Source: an uncultured Planctomycetota bacterium (GTDB taxonomy: Bacteria > Planctomycetota > Planctomycetia > Gemmatales > Gemmataceae). From it: DNA of 64,000 nucleotides. The translations under genes and the position numbers were made by a program. Below are positions 40,166 through 51,427 of this stretch, one piece after another (position 1 is the stretch's first letter; the number at the start of each line of letters is the position of its first letter). The stretch spans positions 1,056,001 to 1,120,000 of the forward strand of contig CAWKHF010000012.1 of NCBI GenBank assembly GCA_963849325.1. The letters are read 5' to 3'. The notes under the pieces are model-generated. The model did not search any database and was not told where the DNA came from. It saw only the letters and a program-made list of their open reading frames with translations.

Positions 40166-41662
40166 TCAGAACATTTCCGTACCGACGGGCACGTTGGGCT
40201 CGCCGTCGCCTACCCACACCCAGCCATACTGCGTGTTGCTCGGCGACGGCTGCTTCTGATACTCCTGGCGCAGCTGCGACAGCTTGTCGGCCTTGATCGC
40301 CTGCCGCCGCGCCTTGACGTCGATGCCGAACAACTTCGCCGCGTTAAGGCCGAGGATCTGGTTCTTGATCTCGTCGGTCAGCTCGGCATAGCCGTACTTC
40401 TTGCGCATCTCGTCCGGCATTCGCAGCTTGCGCAGGCGGACGATCTGGCTCTGCGGACTGCCGTTCCAGATGGAATCGGTCCCCCACAGGATGTGGTCGG
40501 TGCCGGCCACCTGGATCATCTGGCCGAGCATGTGCAGACACGTCTTGGGCAAAAACGACGACGTCATGTGAAAGGTGGCGCCCAGCTCGAAGTAGATGTT
40601 CTTGATCGTCGGGTTCTTTTTGAGGACGCGGAGGATGTCGCTGATCCAGGGGATTTCTTGCGGGTCGTCGCTCTTGGGGTCCTTGACCTTGTCGCCGGTG
40701 CCGCTGCCGAGCCAGCCGAAGCCGCGGAAACCGGAGTGATAGACGATGAAGTTCAGGTCCGGCCAATCTTTCGCCGCCTTCTCCAGGTCGCGCGGCGTAC
40801 ACGCCTTCTCGTTGAACGCGCTCAGCGGCAGTCCCTTGTGAACGCACAGGTTCTTGATGCCGAGCTTCTTCGTCTTCTCCCAGAACGGATACGCAACCTT
40901 CTCGTCGTCCATGAACCAGGCCTTCTCGCCCAACTCGGCGCCGGTGTACATCTTCCAGGCGTCGATCTTCAGTTCCTTGACCTGGCGCTCCATCTCCTCC
41001 ATCTCCCTGGCGCCGAGGTTGGGCCGCAACAGGCCGTGCGACAATACGCGCGGCGAGCCGGCCAGGTCGTTGACGTATTTGCGCGTGGCGACCATCTGGT
41101 CGGGCGGCAGCGGGTTCTTGTCCCAATCGCGGCTGGGCACGCCGCTGATGATGGCCATTACCGTGTCGCTGTCGCCGAAGACTTCCTTGACGTAATGAGC
41201 GCGGTTGAGCTGTTCCAGCGCCTCGTCGGTCGATTTGGCGCCAGGACGCAGCATGGTAAAGAAGGTCCGCATGGCCTTGCCGTCCGGCGTCGTGTCGTAC
41301 CACTTGCGGCTGACGTCCACGTGATGCGTCTGCACGTCGAAGATGAACTGGTCCTTGGGCCATTTCTCGGCGAAGGCTTTTTGGTCCTTGACCTCGTCGG
41401 CGGAGACCTGGTAGACGGGCCCGAAGACCTCGTTGAGGGCCATCAGAGCGGCGGCCATGCCGCTGCCGGTGCGGAGGAAATCGCGGCGGCTGACACCCTG
41501 GCCGCGGGCCGCCTCTTCGCTCAGAGCGGTCAGCCGGGCCTCGAACTCCTTCTGCTGGGGCGACTGCGGTGGAGGAATGAACTCCTCGTTGGAGGCGATG
41601 CGCGTCGGGATGGGCGAAGGAGCGTCGGACTGCGCGTCGAGATCACATTGACGTACCCACAT
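40166..41662 (-). CDS. Amidohydrolase family protein with internal twin-arginine-like motif
   Basis: FIFDVQTHH, CVHKG, IVYHSG, WGTDSIW, ILGLNAAKLF; SRRDFL at ~residue 59. Confidence 0.88.
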   Translation of the reverse strand: MWVRQCDLDAQSDAPSPIPTRIASNEEFIPPPQSPQQKEFEARLTALSEEAARGQGVSRRDFLRTGSGMAAALMALNEVFGPVYQVSADEVKDQKAFAEKWPKDQFIFDVQTHHVDVSRKWYDTTPDGKAMRTFFTMLRPGAKSTDEALEQLNRAHYVKEVFGDSDTVMAIISGVPSRDWDKNPLPPDQMVATRKYVNDLAGSPRVLSHGLLRPNLGAREMEEMERQVKELKIDAWKMYTGAELGEKAWFMDDEKVAYPFWEKTKKLGIKNLCVHKGLPLSAFNEKACTPRDLEKAAKDWPDLNFIVYHSGFRGFGWLGSGTGDKVKDPKSDDPQEIPWISDILRVLKKNPTIKNIYFELGATFHMTSSFLPKTCLHMLGQMIQVAGTDHILWGTDSIWNGSPQSQIVRLRKLRMPDEMRKKYGYAELTDEIKNQILGLNAAKLFGIDVKARRQAIKADKLSQLRQEYQKQPSPSNTQYGWVWVGDGEPNVPVGTEMF

Positions 41663-41691
41663 GATGCGGTTCCTCCGGTTCGAGTAACGAG

Positions 41692-41739
41692 CGGGGCCGC
41701 TTGCGGCTTAGCGCTCGCGCCAAGCCGCAAGCGGCCCCG
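41692..41739. repeat. REP-like palindrome (GCCGCTTGCGGCTT family)
   Basis: cggggccgcttgcggctt-agcgctcgcgcc-aagccgcaagcggccccg. Confidence 0.85.
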
Positions 41740-41760
41740 TAATTTGTTCTCCTCTCGCGC

Positions 41761-42147
41761 TCAATGATGCGCGTGCGCGGCCGCGTGTCCGTCGTGATGA
41801 TCGTGCTCGGGCGGCGGCGGCTCGACGCTGATCTCTGGCGGCGTCCAGGCGAAGTAACCTTGCAGCCAACCGCAAAACAGCGCCAGCGCCGCCAACAGGC
41901 CGACGCTGCCGAGTTGCCACCAGCCGTTAGCGACGGTCCAAAAGCCGAGGCAGTTACAGGGGCGAGCATCGATCGACGCCCAGGCGAAGGCGGTCATAAT
42001 CAGGAGAAGCACGACGGGAGCCCAGCCGCCCTCGGCGAGCATCGGCCAGGCCTTCCGCCAGTTGACGGCCCACAGCCACCAGACACACCACAAGGCCCAC
42101 GGCAGCAGGTTCAGCAACAAACGCCCCAGGTCATTGAGCCAGTCCAC
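41761..42147 (-). CDS. Trp-rich membrane protein with His-rich tail
   Basis: GGAGGAG RBS + GTG; WWLWAVNWRKAW...GGWAP...NGWWQLG...HDHHDGHAAAHAHH. Confidence 0.7.
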   Translation of the reverse strand: MDWLNDLGRLLLNLLPWALWCVWWLWAVNWRKAWPMLAEGGWAPVVLLLIMTAFAWASIDARPCNCLGFWTVANGWWQLGSVGLLAALALFCGWLQGYFAWTPPEISVEPPPPEHDHHDGHAAAHAHH

Positions 42148-42319
42148 CGTTTCGCTCCTCCTCCGGCACGACGTTGACGGGCGGCGGTCCCGGCTGACAT
42201 CTTCGGCGGGCGCCTGCCCGGCGTCAAGCCGCCCGCGAAAAATATCTGTTGGCGAGCGGGGATGGGGTGGGGTATCCTTCAAAGAACGCATTCCACCATC
42301 GCACCGGGAGAGCGCTGTC

Positions 42320-43151
42320 ATGTCATCCGAGAATGATGTGCCATTGGGGGAAGGGGCCCGCCGTTACTACGAGCAGCAGTTCGGCGAACGCATCCGGCAG
42401 GTCAATAAATCCGGCGGCGCCCGTCGCGGCGGCTCGAACGGCAATGGCCGCGCCGGGGTCGGCATCGGCGTTGTCATCGGCGTCGTTTTCGTCGTAATCC
42501 GCATCGTCCTCGCCATCGCCCGTACCGAATCGCACAGTACGCCCTCGATCACCTACACGCCGCCTTCGCAGCCCAAGCTCGACGCGGAGATGCAGAAACG
42601 GTTGAATGAAATCCTTCAACAGGTCAACCAGCCGGACGTTCCTCCGCCGAACCCTTTGTTTGCTCCGGTCCCGGCCCCGGTCCATCCGGGTGAGGATCCC
42701 CTTCTGGCTGAAGAAGATGTGCCCCTGCTGCAAGGATTGTGTTACCGCATTCATCGCGAGAGCCAGCGGGCCGAACCGACTCCCGGAACGTCATATCCTC
42801 TCGTTGCTGGACGAGGCAGCCCAGAAATCCCTCGTCCGGGTGGCCGAGGGCGGGGCATTGGAGGAGGACGAGAAGGACCATCTCTTCAATGAATTCGGCG
42901 AGGCTCTGACAAGACCGGACTTTGCCGAGGGACCGTCCTTCGGCAACGTTCCCGGTCTCGCCCTCCTGCGGTTGACGCGCCCTCGGCCCGCGGGAGGAGT
43001 GGAGTTGTACAAGTACAACCGCGCGGTCCTGGAGATGTGCTATCCAGAGCAAATCGTGCCGCTGCACCAGCGCGACAAGCTCGACGAGCCGGGCCGCGAA
43101 CGATGGCGGAGGTTAGCGCAAGCCGATCTCGAAAAGGCCCGCCGGGAATAG
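42320..43151 (+). CDS. Hypothetical single-pass membrane protein (frameshift ~42790)
   Basis: TM GVGIGVVIGVVFVVIRIVLAIA; Pro-rich linker; continues in a second frame. Confidence 0.55.
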
Positions 43152-43176
43152 GCCGCGCAATTCGGGAGGGAACCCC

Positions 43177-44058
43177 TTGCCGCTCTTCGGCGCTCACATG
43201 TCCATCGCCGGCGGTTGTGTCAACGCCCTGCTCCAGGCCCAGGCGCACGGCTGCGACACCGTTCAGCTTTTCACCCGCGCCCCCAGTCAATGGAGCGGCC
43301 GCGAGTTGAGCGACGACGAGGTGCGCCTGTTCCGCCGCACGCTGCGGCAAACACGCCTCCGTTTGCCGACGGCCCACGATTGCTACCTGACCAACCTCGC
43401 CTCGCCGGACGAATCGCTCTACCGTCGCTCGCTGGAAACGTTCCTGGTCGAGCTGCAGCGAGCCGAGCGCCTCGGTCTGTCCTACCTCGTCATGCATCCG
43501 GGGGCGCACGTGGACAGCGGCGAAGAGGCCGGCCTGGCGCGCGTGGCATCCGCCCTCGATGAAATCCACGCCCGCAGTCCACGCGGCCGGGTGCGTGTGC
43601 TGCTGGAGACGACGGCGGGGCAGGGCAGCACGCTGGGCCATCGCTTCGAGCACCTGGCTCGCATCCTGTCGCTGGTGGCCAAGCCGGATCGACTGGGCGT
43701 GTGCTTCGACACCTGCCACGTCTTCGCCGCCGGCTACGCTCTCGCTCCCGCCGCCGAGTATCAGGCGACCATGCAGGCGTTCGACCGCACTATCGGCCTG
43801 GGTCGCCTGCGTGTCTTTCATGTCAACGACAGTCTGAAACCGCAGGGCAGCCGAGTGGACCGCCACGCCCACATCGGCCGCGGGGAGATGGGCCGGGAGC
43901 CGTTCCGTCTGCTGGTCAACGACCGGCGCTTTCGCCATCGACCGATGATCCTGGAGACGCCCAAGGAGGCAGGCGAGGAGAAGGACATGGACGCTGTTAA
44001 TCTGGCGACCCTGCGCGGGTTGGTGGAGTTGCCGGCCGGCGAGGATGCTCCCGTTTAG
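43177..44058 (+). CDS. nfo: Endonuclease IV
   Basis: GAHMSIAGG, YLTNL, HPG, LETTAGQG, DTCH, HVNDS, DRHAHIG, ILETP. Confidence 0.95.
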   Translation: MPLFGAHMSIAGGCVNALLQAQAHGCDTVQLFTRAPSQWSGRELSDDEVRLFRRTLRQTRLRLPTAHDCYLTNLASPDESLYRRSLETFLVELQRAERLGLSYLVMHPGAHVDSGEEAGLARVASALDEIHARSPRGRVRVLLETTAGQGSTLGHRFEHLARILSLVAKPDRLGVCFDTCHVFAAGYALAPAAEYQATMQAFDRTIGLGRLRVFHVNDSLKPQGSRVDRHAHIGRGEMGREPFRLLVNDRRFRHRPMILETPKEAGEEKDMDAVNLATLRGLVELPAGEDAPV

Positions 44059-44118
44059 CCGCGACGCGCAGCGGAGCGCGGGTCTGTCCCGCGCTCCGCT
44101 GCGCGTCGCGGCGAAACG
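44052..44118. repeat. REP-like palindrome (TAGCCGCGACGCGCAGCGGAGCGCG family)
   Basis: cgtttagccgcgacgcgcagcggagcgcggg...cccgcgctccgctgcgcgtcgcggcgaaacg; supplies the nfo stop codon. Confidence 0.9.
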
Positions 44119-44143
44119 AAAAGGGTGTTTTTCATCCCATCGT

Positions 44144-44564
44144 TCACTTGATGGGCGACAGATCGAACTCGTCGAGATCGTGCGGCGGCTCGCCCTCGTC
44201 CGCCCCGAGACCCGGCTTGTTCCGGTCCTCGAACTCCTTGATCTTGTGTTCCTTCTCCATCTGCTTGCGCATCTCCGTATCGCTGATCGGCGTACCGAGA
44301 AGGTCCGCCGGCTTGAAATCCTGCGTGAACCGGCTGGGCAGGCACAGCGAGCCGAGCACGAGGAGACCGACCGAGGCAGCCAAGGCCCAGCGACTGCGGC
44401 TCAGCGGGCGTCTCGACGGACTTGGCTGCGCGGCCGACTCGGGCCGAAAGGAAGATACCCGAGGCGCCCGCCACTGCGGGGGCATCTGTCCGCGAAAAAA
44501 GGCGCGGAGCAGCCCATCGAGGTCGTCGCCGGGTTTGCTGGGAGGTGGTTCGCACAAGGCTCAT
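44144..44564 (-). CDS. Putative single-pass anti-sigma factor
   Basis: DDLDGLLRAFFR.QMP..W; TM SRWALAASVGLLVLG; directly downstream of an ECF sigma. Confidence 0.55.
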
Positions 44565-44616
44565 GAAATTCTCTCGTGAGAGCGGCCGCCGCCTGACCGG
44601 GGCCGGGTACCGGGAG

Positions 44617-45178
44617 TCACGGCAGCTGTCCCACGCCCTGGGCCTTGAGGCGCTCGGCCAGGCGTTGGCGAGCACGGCTCAGACGCATGTGGACGGCCGT
44701 GGCGTTGATCGACAGCACGTCCGCGATCTCCCCTGTGTCGTAGTCCAGGGCGTACCGCAGAGTCAGGATCTCGCGGTCCGCCTTCGGCATCTGTTCCAAC
44801 ACCTCGCGCAGCTGCGCGAAGGTTTCTTCTCGTTCCAGGCTCTCCAACGGCAGCGGATCGTGGCCCGCCACGCCGTTCATCGTCTGCGGCGGATGGGTGC
44901 CGTTGCGGCGGAATGCACTCTTGGCGTGGTCCTCGGCGAGGTTGCGCGCCACGCGCAGCAGCCAGGCGCGCGGATTAAGGATCGTCTCGCCGCCTCTCCC
45001 ACTGTTTCCACAGCCGCAGAAACGCCTCCTGCGTGATGTCCAGGGCCGTGTCGGCGTTCATCCACCGCGCATAGGCCAGCGCCCAGACTTCGCGGCTGTG
45101 ACGTTCGTACAGAACCTCGAAGTCCGTGCGGTGTGCATCGGCCGGTGGCGGCTTCGCTTTCATAGTTCCATTATTCAT
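44617..45178 (-). CDS. ECF sigma factor (frameshift ~44990)
   Basis: FEVLYERH, DITQEAFLRLW, DREILTLRY...EIADVLSINATAVHMRLSRARQRL. Confidence 0.9.
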
Positions 45179-45266
45179 CCGCCCCCGTCCGTGGGCCAGA
45201 GGAATCCCCTGCTCGGCTCCACTGGAAAGACGAATCAACACGGCGGCGCTAACAGCGCTCGTTCGT

Positions 45267-45329
45267 TTAGCCGCGACGCGCCAGCAGAGCGCAGGTTTGT
45301 CCGCGGGCTCCGCTGCGCGTCGCGGCTAA
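45267..45329. repeat. REP-like palindrome (TAGCCGCGACGCG family, degenerate)
   Basis: ttagccgcgacgcg...ctccgctgcgcgtcgcggctaa. Confidence 0.8.
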
Positions 45330-45576
45330 CCAGATAATCGCGGCGCTTTCCGTGGACCCCTCCCGAATTGCGTTTTGTGCGGCCGAACGTCGGCGTTTCG
45401 CCTCGGCCGGCCGTCGTTTTTCTCAAGGGGCGATGAGCCGAAGGGGTAGAATGGAGTCGTATCCCGAAGTCGGGATGCTTGTCTAACAGCGAACCAGCCC
45501 TGCCGGCGTTGTGGGCCGCATGTCACCTGGGGCCGCGGTTCGTGCTCGATCTCCACGCATTACGGAAGCTCTCGCC

Positions 45577-46727
45577 ATGAGACGTGTTGCGATGACTTGC
45601 TTTCTGGGCTGCTGTTCCGCCCTGGGAGGCATGATGGCCGTTACGCTCGGCATCCACGGCCTTTCGCCGGCCGTGGCCCAGATGACCGCGCCTCCGCCGG
45701 GCGGAGCGACGATGGACGTGGGCCGGGTCGGCGAGCGCTTCGAGTACGTCGCCCGCAAGGTCTCGCCGGCCGTGGTCGCCGTCGAGGCCGTCAAGCAGGC
45801 GCCGCCGCGCGGCAACGCCGGCAAAAGTCGCTCCATCGACGAATCCGGCTCCGGCGTCCTCATCCGCATCGCCCGCCATCCCGGCGTCTTCGTGCTGACC
45901 AACAACCACGTCATCCAGCAGGCGCCGGCCGACCAGATCACCGTCAGCCTGGCCGACAACCGCATCCTCAAGCCGTCGCGGGTGTGGGCCGACCCCGAAT
46001 CGGACGTGGCCGTCATGAAGCTGGACGCCGACGGCCTGCCGACGGCCGCCCTGGGCGACAGCGACGCAGTACGCGCGTCGGCCAGTGGGTGCTGGCCATC
46101 GGCAGCCCGTTCGGCCTGAATCAGACCGTGACGCACGGCATCATCAGCGCCCGCGAGCGCGGCCAGGTCAGCCTGGGCAGCACCATCCGCATCAAGGACT
46201 TCTTGCAGACCGACGCGGCCATCAACCCCGGCTCCAGCGGCGGCCCGCTCGTCAATCTCGACGGCGAGGTCATCGGCATCAACACCGCCATCGCCTCGCA
46301 CTCCGGCAGCAACAGCGGCGTCGCCTTCAGCATCCCCATCAACCTGGTCAAGCGCATCCTCGACCAGCTGCTCGACAAGGGCGCGGTGACGCGCGGCTAC
46401 CTGGGTCTGCAGGTGGCGCAGTCGTTCGAGCCGGCCGACGCGGCCAAGCTGGGGTTGAACCGGGCGCAGGGGCGCTGGTCGATACGGTTTACCCCGACAC
46501 GCCGGCGGCGACGGCGGGCCTGCTGGCCCGCGACGTGGTGCTGGAGGTGGACGGCACGCCGATCCGCAACGAGAACCACTTCATCAACCTCATCAGCGGT
46601 CTGCCGGCCGGCCGGCGCATCCGCCTGAACGTCTGGCGCGAGCCGGCGCGTGCTGACGCTGGAGGCCGTCGTCGGTGACTGGTCGGCCGCCCAGGCGCGT
46701 TTCCAGCACGACAAGGACAAACGGTGA
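45577..46727 (+). CDS. HtrA/DegP-family serine protease with one PDZ domain (frameshifted)
   Basis: [50 protein letters not shown]. Confidence 0.9.
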
Positions 46728-46762
46728 GCCGCTTGCGGCTTCGCGCAGAAACCGCAAGCGGC
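46728..46762. repeat. REP-like palindrome / possible bidirectional terminator
   Basis: gccgcttgcgg-cttcgcgcagaaa-ccgcaagcggc between convergent genes. Confidence 0.75.
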
Positions 46763-46781
46763 GCGTTGCCTGCCGGCCGTG

Positions 46782-46886
46782 CTAATCTTCCGGCCGCTTG
46801 CTGCGGAGGAAGAGCAGGAGGCCAATCAGAGCGACGAGGAGGACGGCCATGATGATCATGAACGTCCAGCTAGTGAGGAACTCCAT
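46782..46886 (-). CDS. 34-aa single-TM small protein
   Basis: MEFLTSWTFMIIMAVLLVALIGLLLFLRSKRPED*; purine-rich AAGGTAGG upstream; GC3-rich codons. Confidence 0.65.
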   Translation of the reverse strand: MEFLTSWTFMIIMAVLLVALIGLLLFLRSKRPED

Positions 46887-47230
46887 CGTGATGCCTACCT
46901 TTCGAGTGCTCTCCAAAACCAAAAGGATGACGGTTAGTCGCCGCCGTGTTCTCTCCTCGACTGGGCTTCCTCCGTCCGTGGATTCGCCGTCGCTTGCGTG
47001 CCGATCCGCATCGCGCCGCATTCGCCGAACGGCGTGCGCTCTCATCGCTTGCGCGGAGAGATTTGACAAGTGTTTTACCGTCCCGCCCGTCACATTGCAA
47101 GCATCCGCTGTGCGAAAATGCGGATTTCTCGTCGCTTCGATGAAAAACTCCCCAGACCTCTCTCCTCTCGTCCCCGCATCCAATTGACAATCGAACGTCC
47201 CCGCCTAGCAAAGAGCTAACGGGATAAATC

Positions 47231-47300
47231 CTCCGCACCGGAAGCGTAAGCGAAGAAACGGCAACCCAAGAGTGCCCTTCGCTTACGCTTCCGCGCGGAG
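47231..47300. repeat. REP-like palindrome (GAAGCGTAAGCGAAG family)
   Basis: cggaagcgtaagcgaag...cttcgcttacgcttccg. Confidence 0.85.
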
Positions 47301-47324
47301 AATCCCATTTTTGACGGAAGGTCC

Positions 47325-48801
47325 ATGTCCGATGGTCTGCTGACACCCGTGTCGTCGCCGCGCCGGCGCCTCGTTCGCGCCGATCGCCGTGGCGAGCGCG
47401 GCGTTCCTGCTGCTGTATGCGCGTTCGCTGGTCGGGCCGGTGGTGTTTTACGACGATTTTCAGGTCCTTTCGCAGTCGTGGACCTGGGAGCGCACCCGCG
47501 AGGGGCTGTGGATACCGCAGAACGAACACGCCATGCCGCTGGGCCGGCTGCTATGCTTCGTCCTGGAATCGATGGTCGGCCGACTGCCGTTGCTGCCGTT
47601 GGTGACCTGCCTGGTCGGGCCGCTGGCACTGCTTGCAGGCATGTTGCTCGTCTACGTCTTCGTCCTCCGCGAGCTAGGCCATCCGTTTTACGCCGTGCTG
47701 GCCCTGGTGCTGTTCGGGGTGACAACGGTGTATCACCAGGCCGTGTGGTGGTTCGCCGCCAGTTTCGTCATCCTTGCTCTGGACACGATGTTGCTGGGCC
47801 TGCTCGCCGCCCAGCGCTGGCGACACACGGGGCGGCTGTCGGACCTGGGCCTGACCGCCCTGGCCTGCCTGCTCGCCCCCGGTTGGTTCGCCCTCGGCGT
47901 CCTCGCCGGCCCGCTGTGCGGTCTCTATCTGCTGGCCCCAGCGCGAGGAGAACGACTTTTCTCTTATCGTCGTCTTCTGGCGGCGCTGGCGCCGGTGGCG
48001 GGTACGGCCCTGTTCCTGGCCATGAGTCTGCCGCGCACCGCCACGACCATCATGCACCTGAGCCACTACCAGGGGCAGACGGCGGCGCAAGCGTTTCATC
48101 CCTTGATCGGCTTGCAGTACACCGCGCGATCCGTGGTAGACAATCTCTTGCTGGGCGTCGTGGGCGTGACCGCCGTGGCCCTGCCGGTGTGGTGCGTCGG
48201 CTTGTTGTTGACCGTGGCGATCGGCCTCGGCGTCTGGTGGTGGCGGCAGGCGCCCGAACGCCGCTTGATGCTCCTGGGATTGGGCCTCATCGGCAGCAGC
48301 TACCTCCTCGTCTATAGCGCTCGCTCCACCTGGGACTATGCCCTGATGGTCCAGCCGAACTTCTCGCGCTACCACCTGTTGCCCCAGCTGGGGCTGGTTC
48401 TGTTCTTCTGCGGCGGTCTACCCGGACGCGAGGACCACTGGTTCACGCCGAGCGCGGACGGCACGCTGAGCGTCCGGCAGCGGCGGCTGGTTTATGGCTT
48501 GATCGGCGTCTGTCTCCTGGTGCAGTTGCCGCGCGGCCTGATCTGTGGTTCGCCGACCGGCTGGTATCAGTTTGCCGAGGTCCGCGCTCAGTTCGCCACC
48601 TTGCGCCGTATCGAGAAAGTCGATGCGCTGTGCCGCGAACATCACATCAGCGCGGCGGCGGCGCGGCAAGCGCTGGGAAGACTGGACATTCCCTGCTCGC
48701 TGGACGTGATGGACGGCTGGGAGTTTCTGCGCGGCAGCGACAACCCGTGGCCGCTGCCGCCAGAGGAAGTCAAGCGCCTTTTGGCGTCAGGCGCGGAATA
48801 A
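47325..48801 (+). CDS. Polytopic membrane protein, GT-C glycosyltransferase-like
   Basis: First loop FYDDF...PQNEH; many TM helices; late SRY motif; probable indel near 47380. Confidence 0.55.
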
Positions 48802-49966
48802 CGGCAGTCGCTCGAAGGTGCCGCCCAGCGCCGCTTGCGCCGGCAGGCCGAGCCAGTCTTCGAGGACCGTGGCGTAAATGCAGCGGAAATCGACCGTCAT
48901 CTTCGGCGCGTTGCCGACCAGGTCGAGCAGGTTCGGAGCGTCGCCGATCAAGCCGCCACGGACGCCGGGTCCGGCTAGGAAGAGGATGCCGGCCGTGCCG
49001 TGGTCGGTGCCGCCGGAGGCGTTCTCGCGCACTTGCCGGCCGAACTCGCTGAAGACCAGCACGGCCACACGGTCGGCCAGCCGCGCCGCGGCCAGGTCGT
49101 CGAGGAAGGCTCGCAGGGCGCCGCCCAGCTCATCCAGCAGATTGGCGTGCGCCGGCAGTTGGGCAGCGTGGGTATCATAGCTGCCCTGCGAGGTGTAGTA
49201 GACCCGCGCGGCGAACCCCGCCTTGAGCAGCCGTGCCACCCGTTGCAAGCGACCGGCCAGGCCCGTCGTGGGATAATTCCCGTCGCCGGCGGAGACGCGC
49301 GCGGCCTCGGTCAGACGATCGCAGGTCGTGTAGGCGTCGAGGAAACTGCGATGGAGGAAGGCGTTCAAGTCCTCATCCGCCGCCGCGGGCGACGCCATCG
49401 TCCGCGCCGCGGCATCGCCCATCGACGAAAATTCCTCCAGCCGCGACTAGCGCCGAAGCGACGCAGCGCCGGCCGCGTAGGGCGATCGGCAGAGCGGCGG
49501 CGCCGACGAACAGCGAAGTGGCGGCGGGGTCGTCGAGGGCACGGCCGAGCCAGCCGTAGCTCTTATGCTCCTCGGGGTCGAAGCGCGCCGTCTGCCAGAC
49601 GGCCATGCTGCGGTTGTGCGAGCGGCTCGGGTTGGGGTAGCCGACGCCCTGCACGATCGCCAGCTGTCCGTCTTGCAGCAGCTTCGCTGCCTCGCCCAGC
49701 GACGGATGCAGGGCGAAGCGATCGTCGATCTTTCGCAGCCGCTTTTCCGGTAGACGGAGCGATTCACGATTTTTGAGGTAGCCATCATCCCTGAATGGCA
49801 CGACGGTATTGAGTCCATCGTTGCCGCCGTCGAGTTGGATAACGACGAGAGCGCGGCCATCGCGCTGCGGTTGGGCGGCACGGGCACTGCGAGCGAGGAA
49901 CAGAGGCACGGTTGGCGCCAGGGCGATCAGCGCCGAACGGCCGAGGAAATCGCGACGGGAAAGCAT
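48787..49966 (-). CDS. DUF1501 family Tat-exported protein (frameshift ~49440)
   Basis: SRRDFL; LVVIQLDGGNDGLNTVVP; RSH; YDTH; FSEFGR; ENASGGTDHG; DFRCIY. Confidence 0.88.
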
Positions 49967-49983
49967 GGATGGACCTCCTTCTC

Positions 49984-50048
49984 GTTTAGCCGCGACGCGC
50001 AGCGGAGCGCGCGACAGACTCGCGCTCCGCTGCGCGTCGCGGCTAAAC
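49984..50048. repeat. REP-like palindrome (TAGCCGCGACGCGCAGCGGAGCGCG family)
   Basis: gtttagccgcgacgcgcagcggagcgcg...cgcgctccgctgcgcgtcgcggctaaac. Confidence 0.9.
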
Positions 50049-51427
50049 TCAACCCAACTGCCCTTCCGGCGAAGCCAACATCAGCACGGCCACCCGGCGA
50101 ACCGTCTCCGCGTCGAGCGCCGCCGGACCCAGCGCCTTGCCCAGACGAGCGCGGAAAGCCGCGTTCGGCGGCGCACCGAGGAGCAGCACGCCGAAAAACG
50201 CGATGGCATCGTCGAGGTCGCGGGCACGGTGATGGCGGCGAGCGAGTTCGAGGGCGTCGAACGGTTCGGGCCGGCCGATGCTGCTGACCGCCGACCAGCG
50301 CCGCCGCAAAGTGGACGCGGCCGAGTGCGGAGCGCGTGTTGATCCAGCGCCGGCCACCCGGCCAACCGAAGACGTTGGGCGGATAGAACAGGTCCAGCCC
50401 CAGTCGCGCCGTCCAGTCGGCCAGCGCCACCGTGCTCGGCGGCGGCTCGAACATCTCCAGGGCGCGGACGGCGCCGACGACGTATTCGACCGGCCCGGCG
50501 ACGCGCGTGCACAGGTTCTTCGTCGGCGAAGAAGGTCCGCGAACGCAGGACCGTCTCGACGGCCCAGCCGATGCGGAGATCGTTTTGGCGCAAACCCTCG
50601 GCGAGGGCGTCGAGTCCGGCCGCGTCGAGGACGCCTTCGCCGAGGAACTGCTCGCCAATGCGCTCGGCCAGCCGCCGGGCCGTCGCGGGATGGTCGAGCA
50701 ACAGACGGAGCAGGTCGTCGCCGCGCCAGGCACCCTTCTTGCCGAGGATGGTCTTGTCGCCGTCGTCGTGGCGGGCGGCCACGTCGCGGAACTCGCCGTC
50801 CTCGACGGTCCAGCCGGTCAGGGCGCGGGCGGCGTCCTTGACGTCGTTCTCGATGTAGGGGCCGAGGCCGAGCGTGAACAGTTCCATCAGCTCGCGGCCG
50901 AGGTTCTCGTTGGGATGCTCCTTGCGATTGGCGGAGGCGTCGAGCCAGATCAGCATGGCCGGATCGCGCACCACGGCGGTCAGCAATTCGCCGAACGGCT
51001 TGCGGCCGAGGACGCGGAACTGTTCATTCTGGCGGCGCATGGCGGCGAGGTCATCGACCTTGGCGTTGCTGGTGGCGAAGTGGTTGTGCCACATCAACGT
51101 CAGTCGTTCGCCCAGCGGGTCGGGGCCGAACAACATGCGGTACACCCACCATGCTTTCAGCCGTCCCGCATCGCCGGCCGCCACGGCGGCATCGGCCAAC
51201 AGCGCCGAGACGCGCTCGAAGTCCTCCGGCACGCCCTGGCCGCGCGCCTTGCCGGATAGCAAACGGTCGATGCTCGCTTGCGGGCCGTCCTTCCAGTCGC
51301 GCTGAATCTCGCTCCAGGTGGCGGCGAAGCCGGCCCGGCGGTGCAGATGGACCACGCGGCGCAGATCCCAGGGGGTCTTGTCGTCGGGCGCGTAGGGCGC
51401 CCAGTATGCGGAGGAGGGCATGCTCAT
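50049..51427 (-). CDS. DUF1800 family protein (frameshifted)
   Basis: HLHRRAGF, ERLTLMWHNHFATS, PAMLIWLD, PNENLGRELMELFTLG, DVKDAARALTGW, PPNVFGW. Confidence 0.9.
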
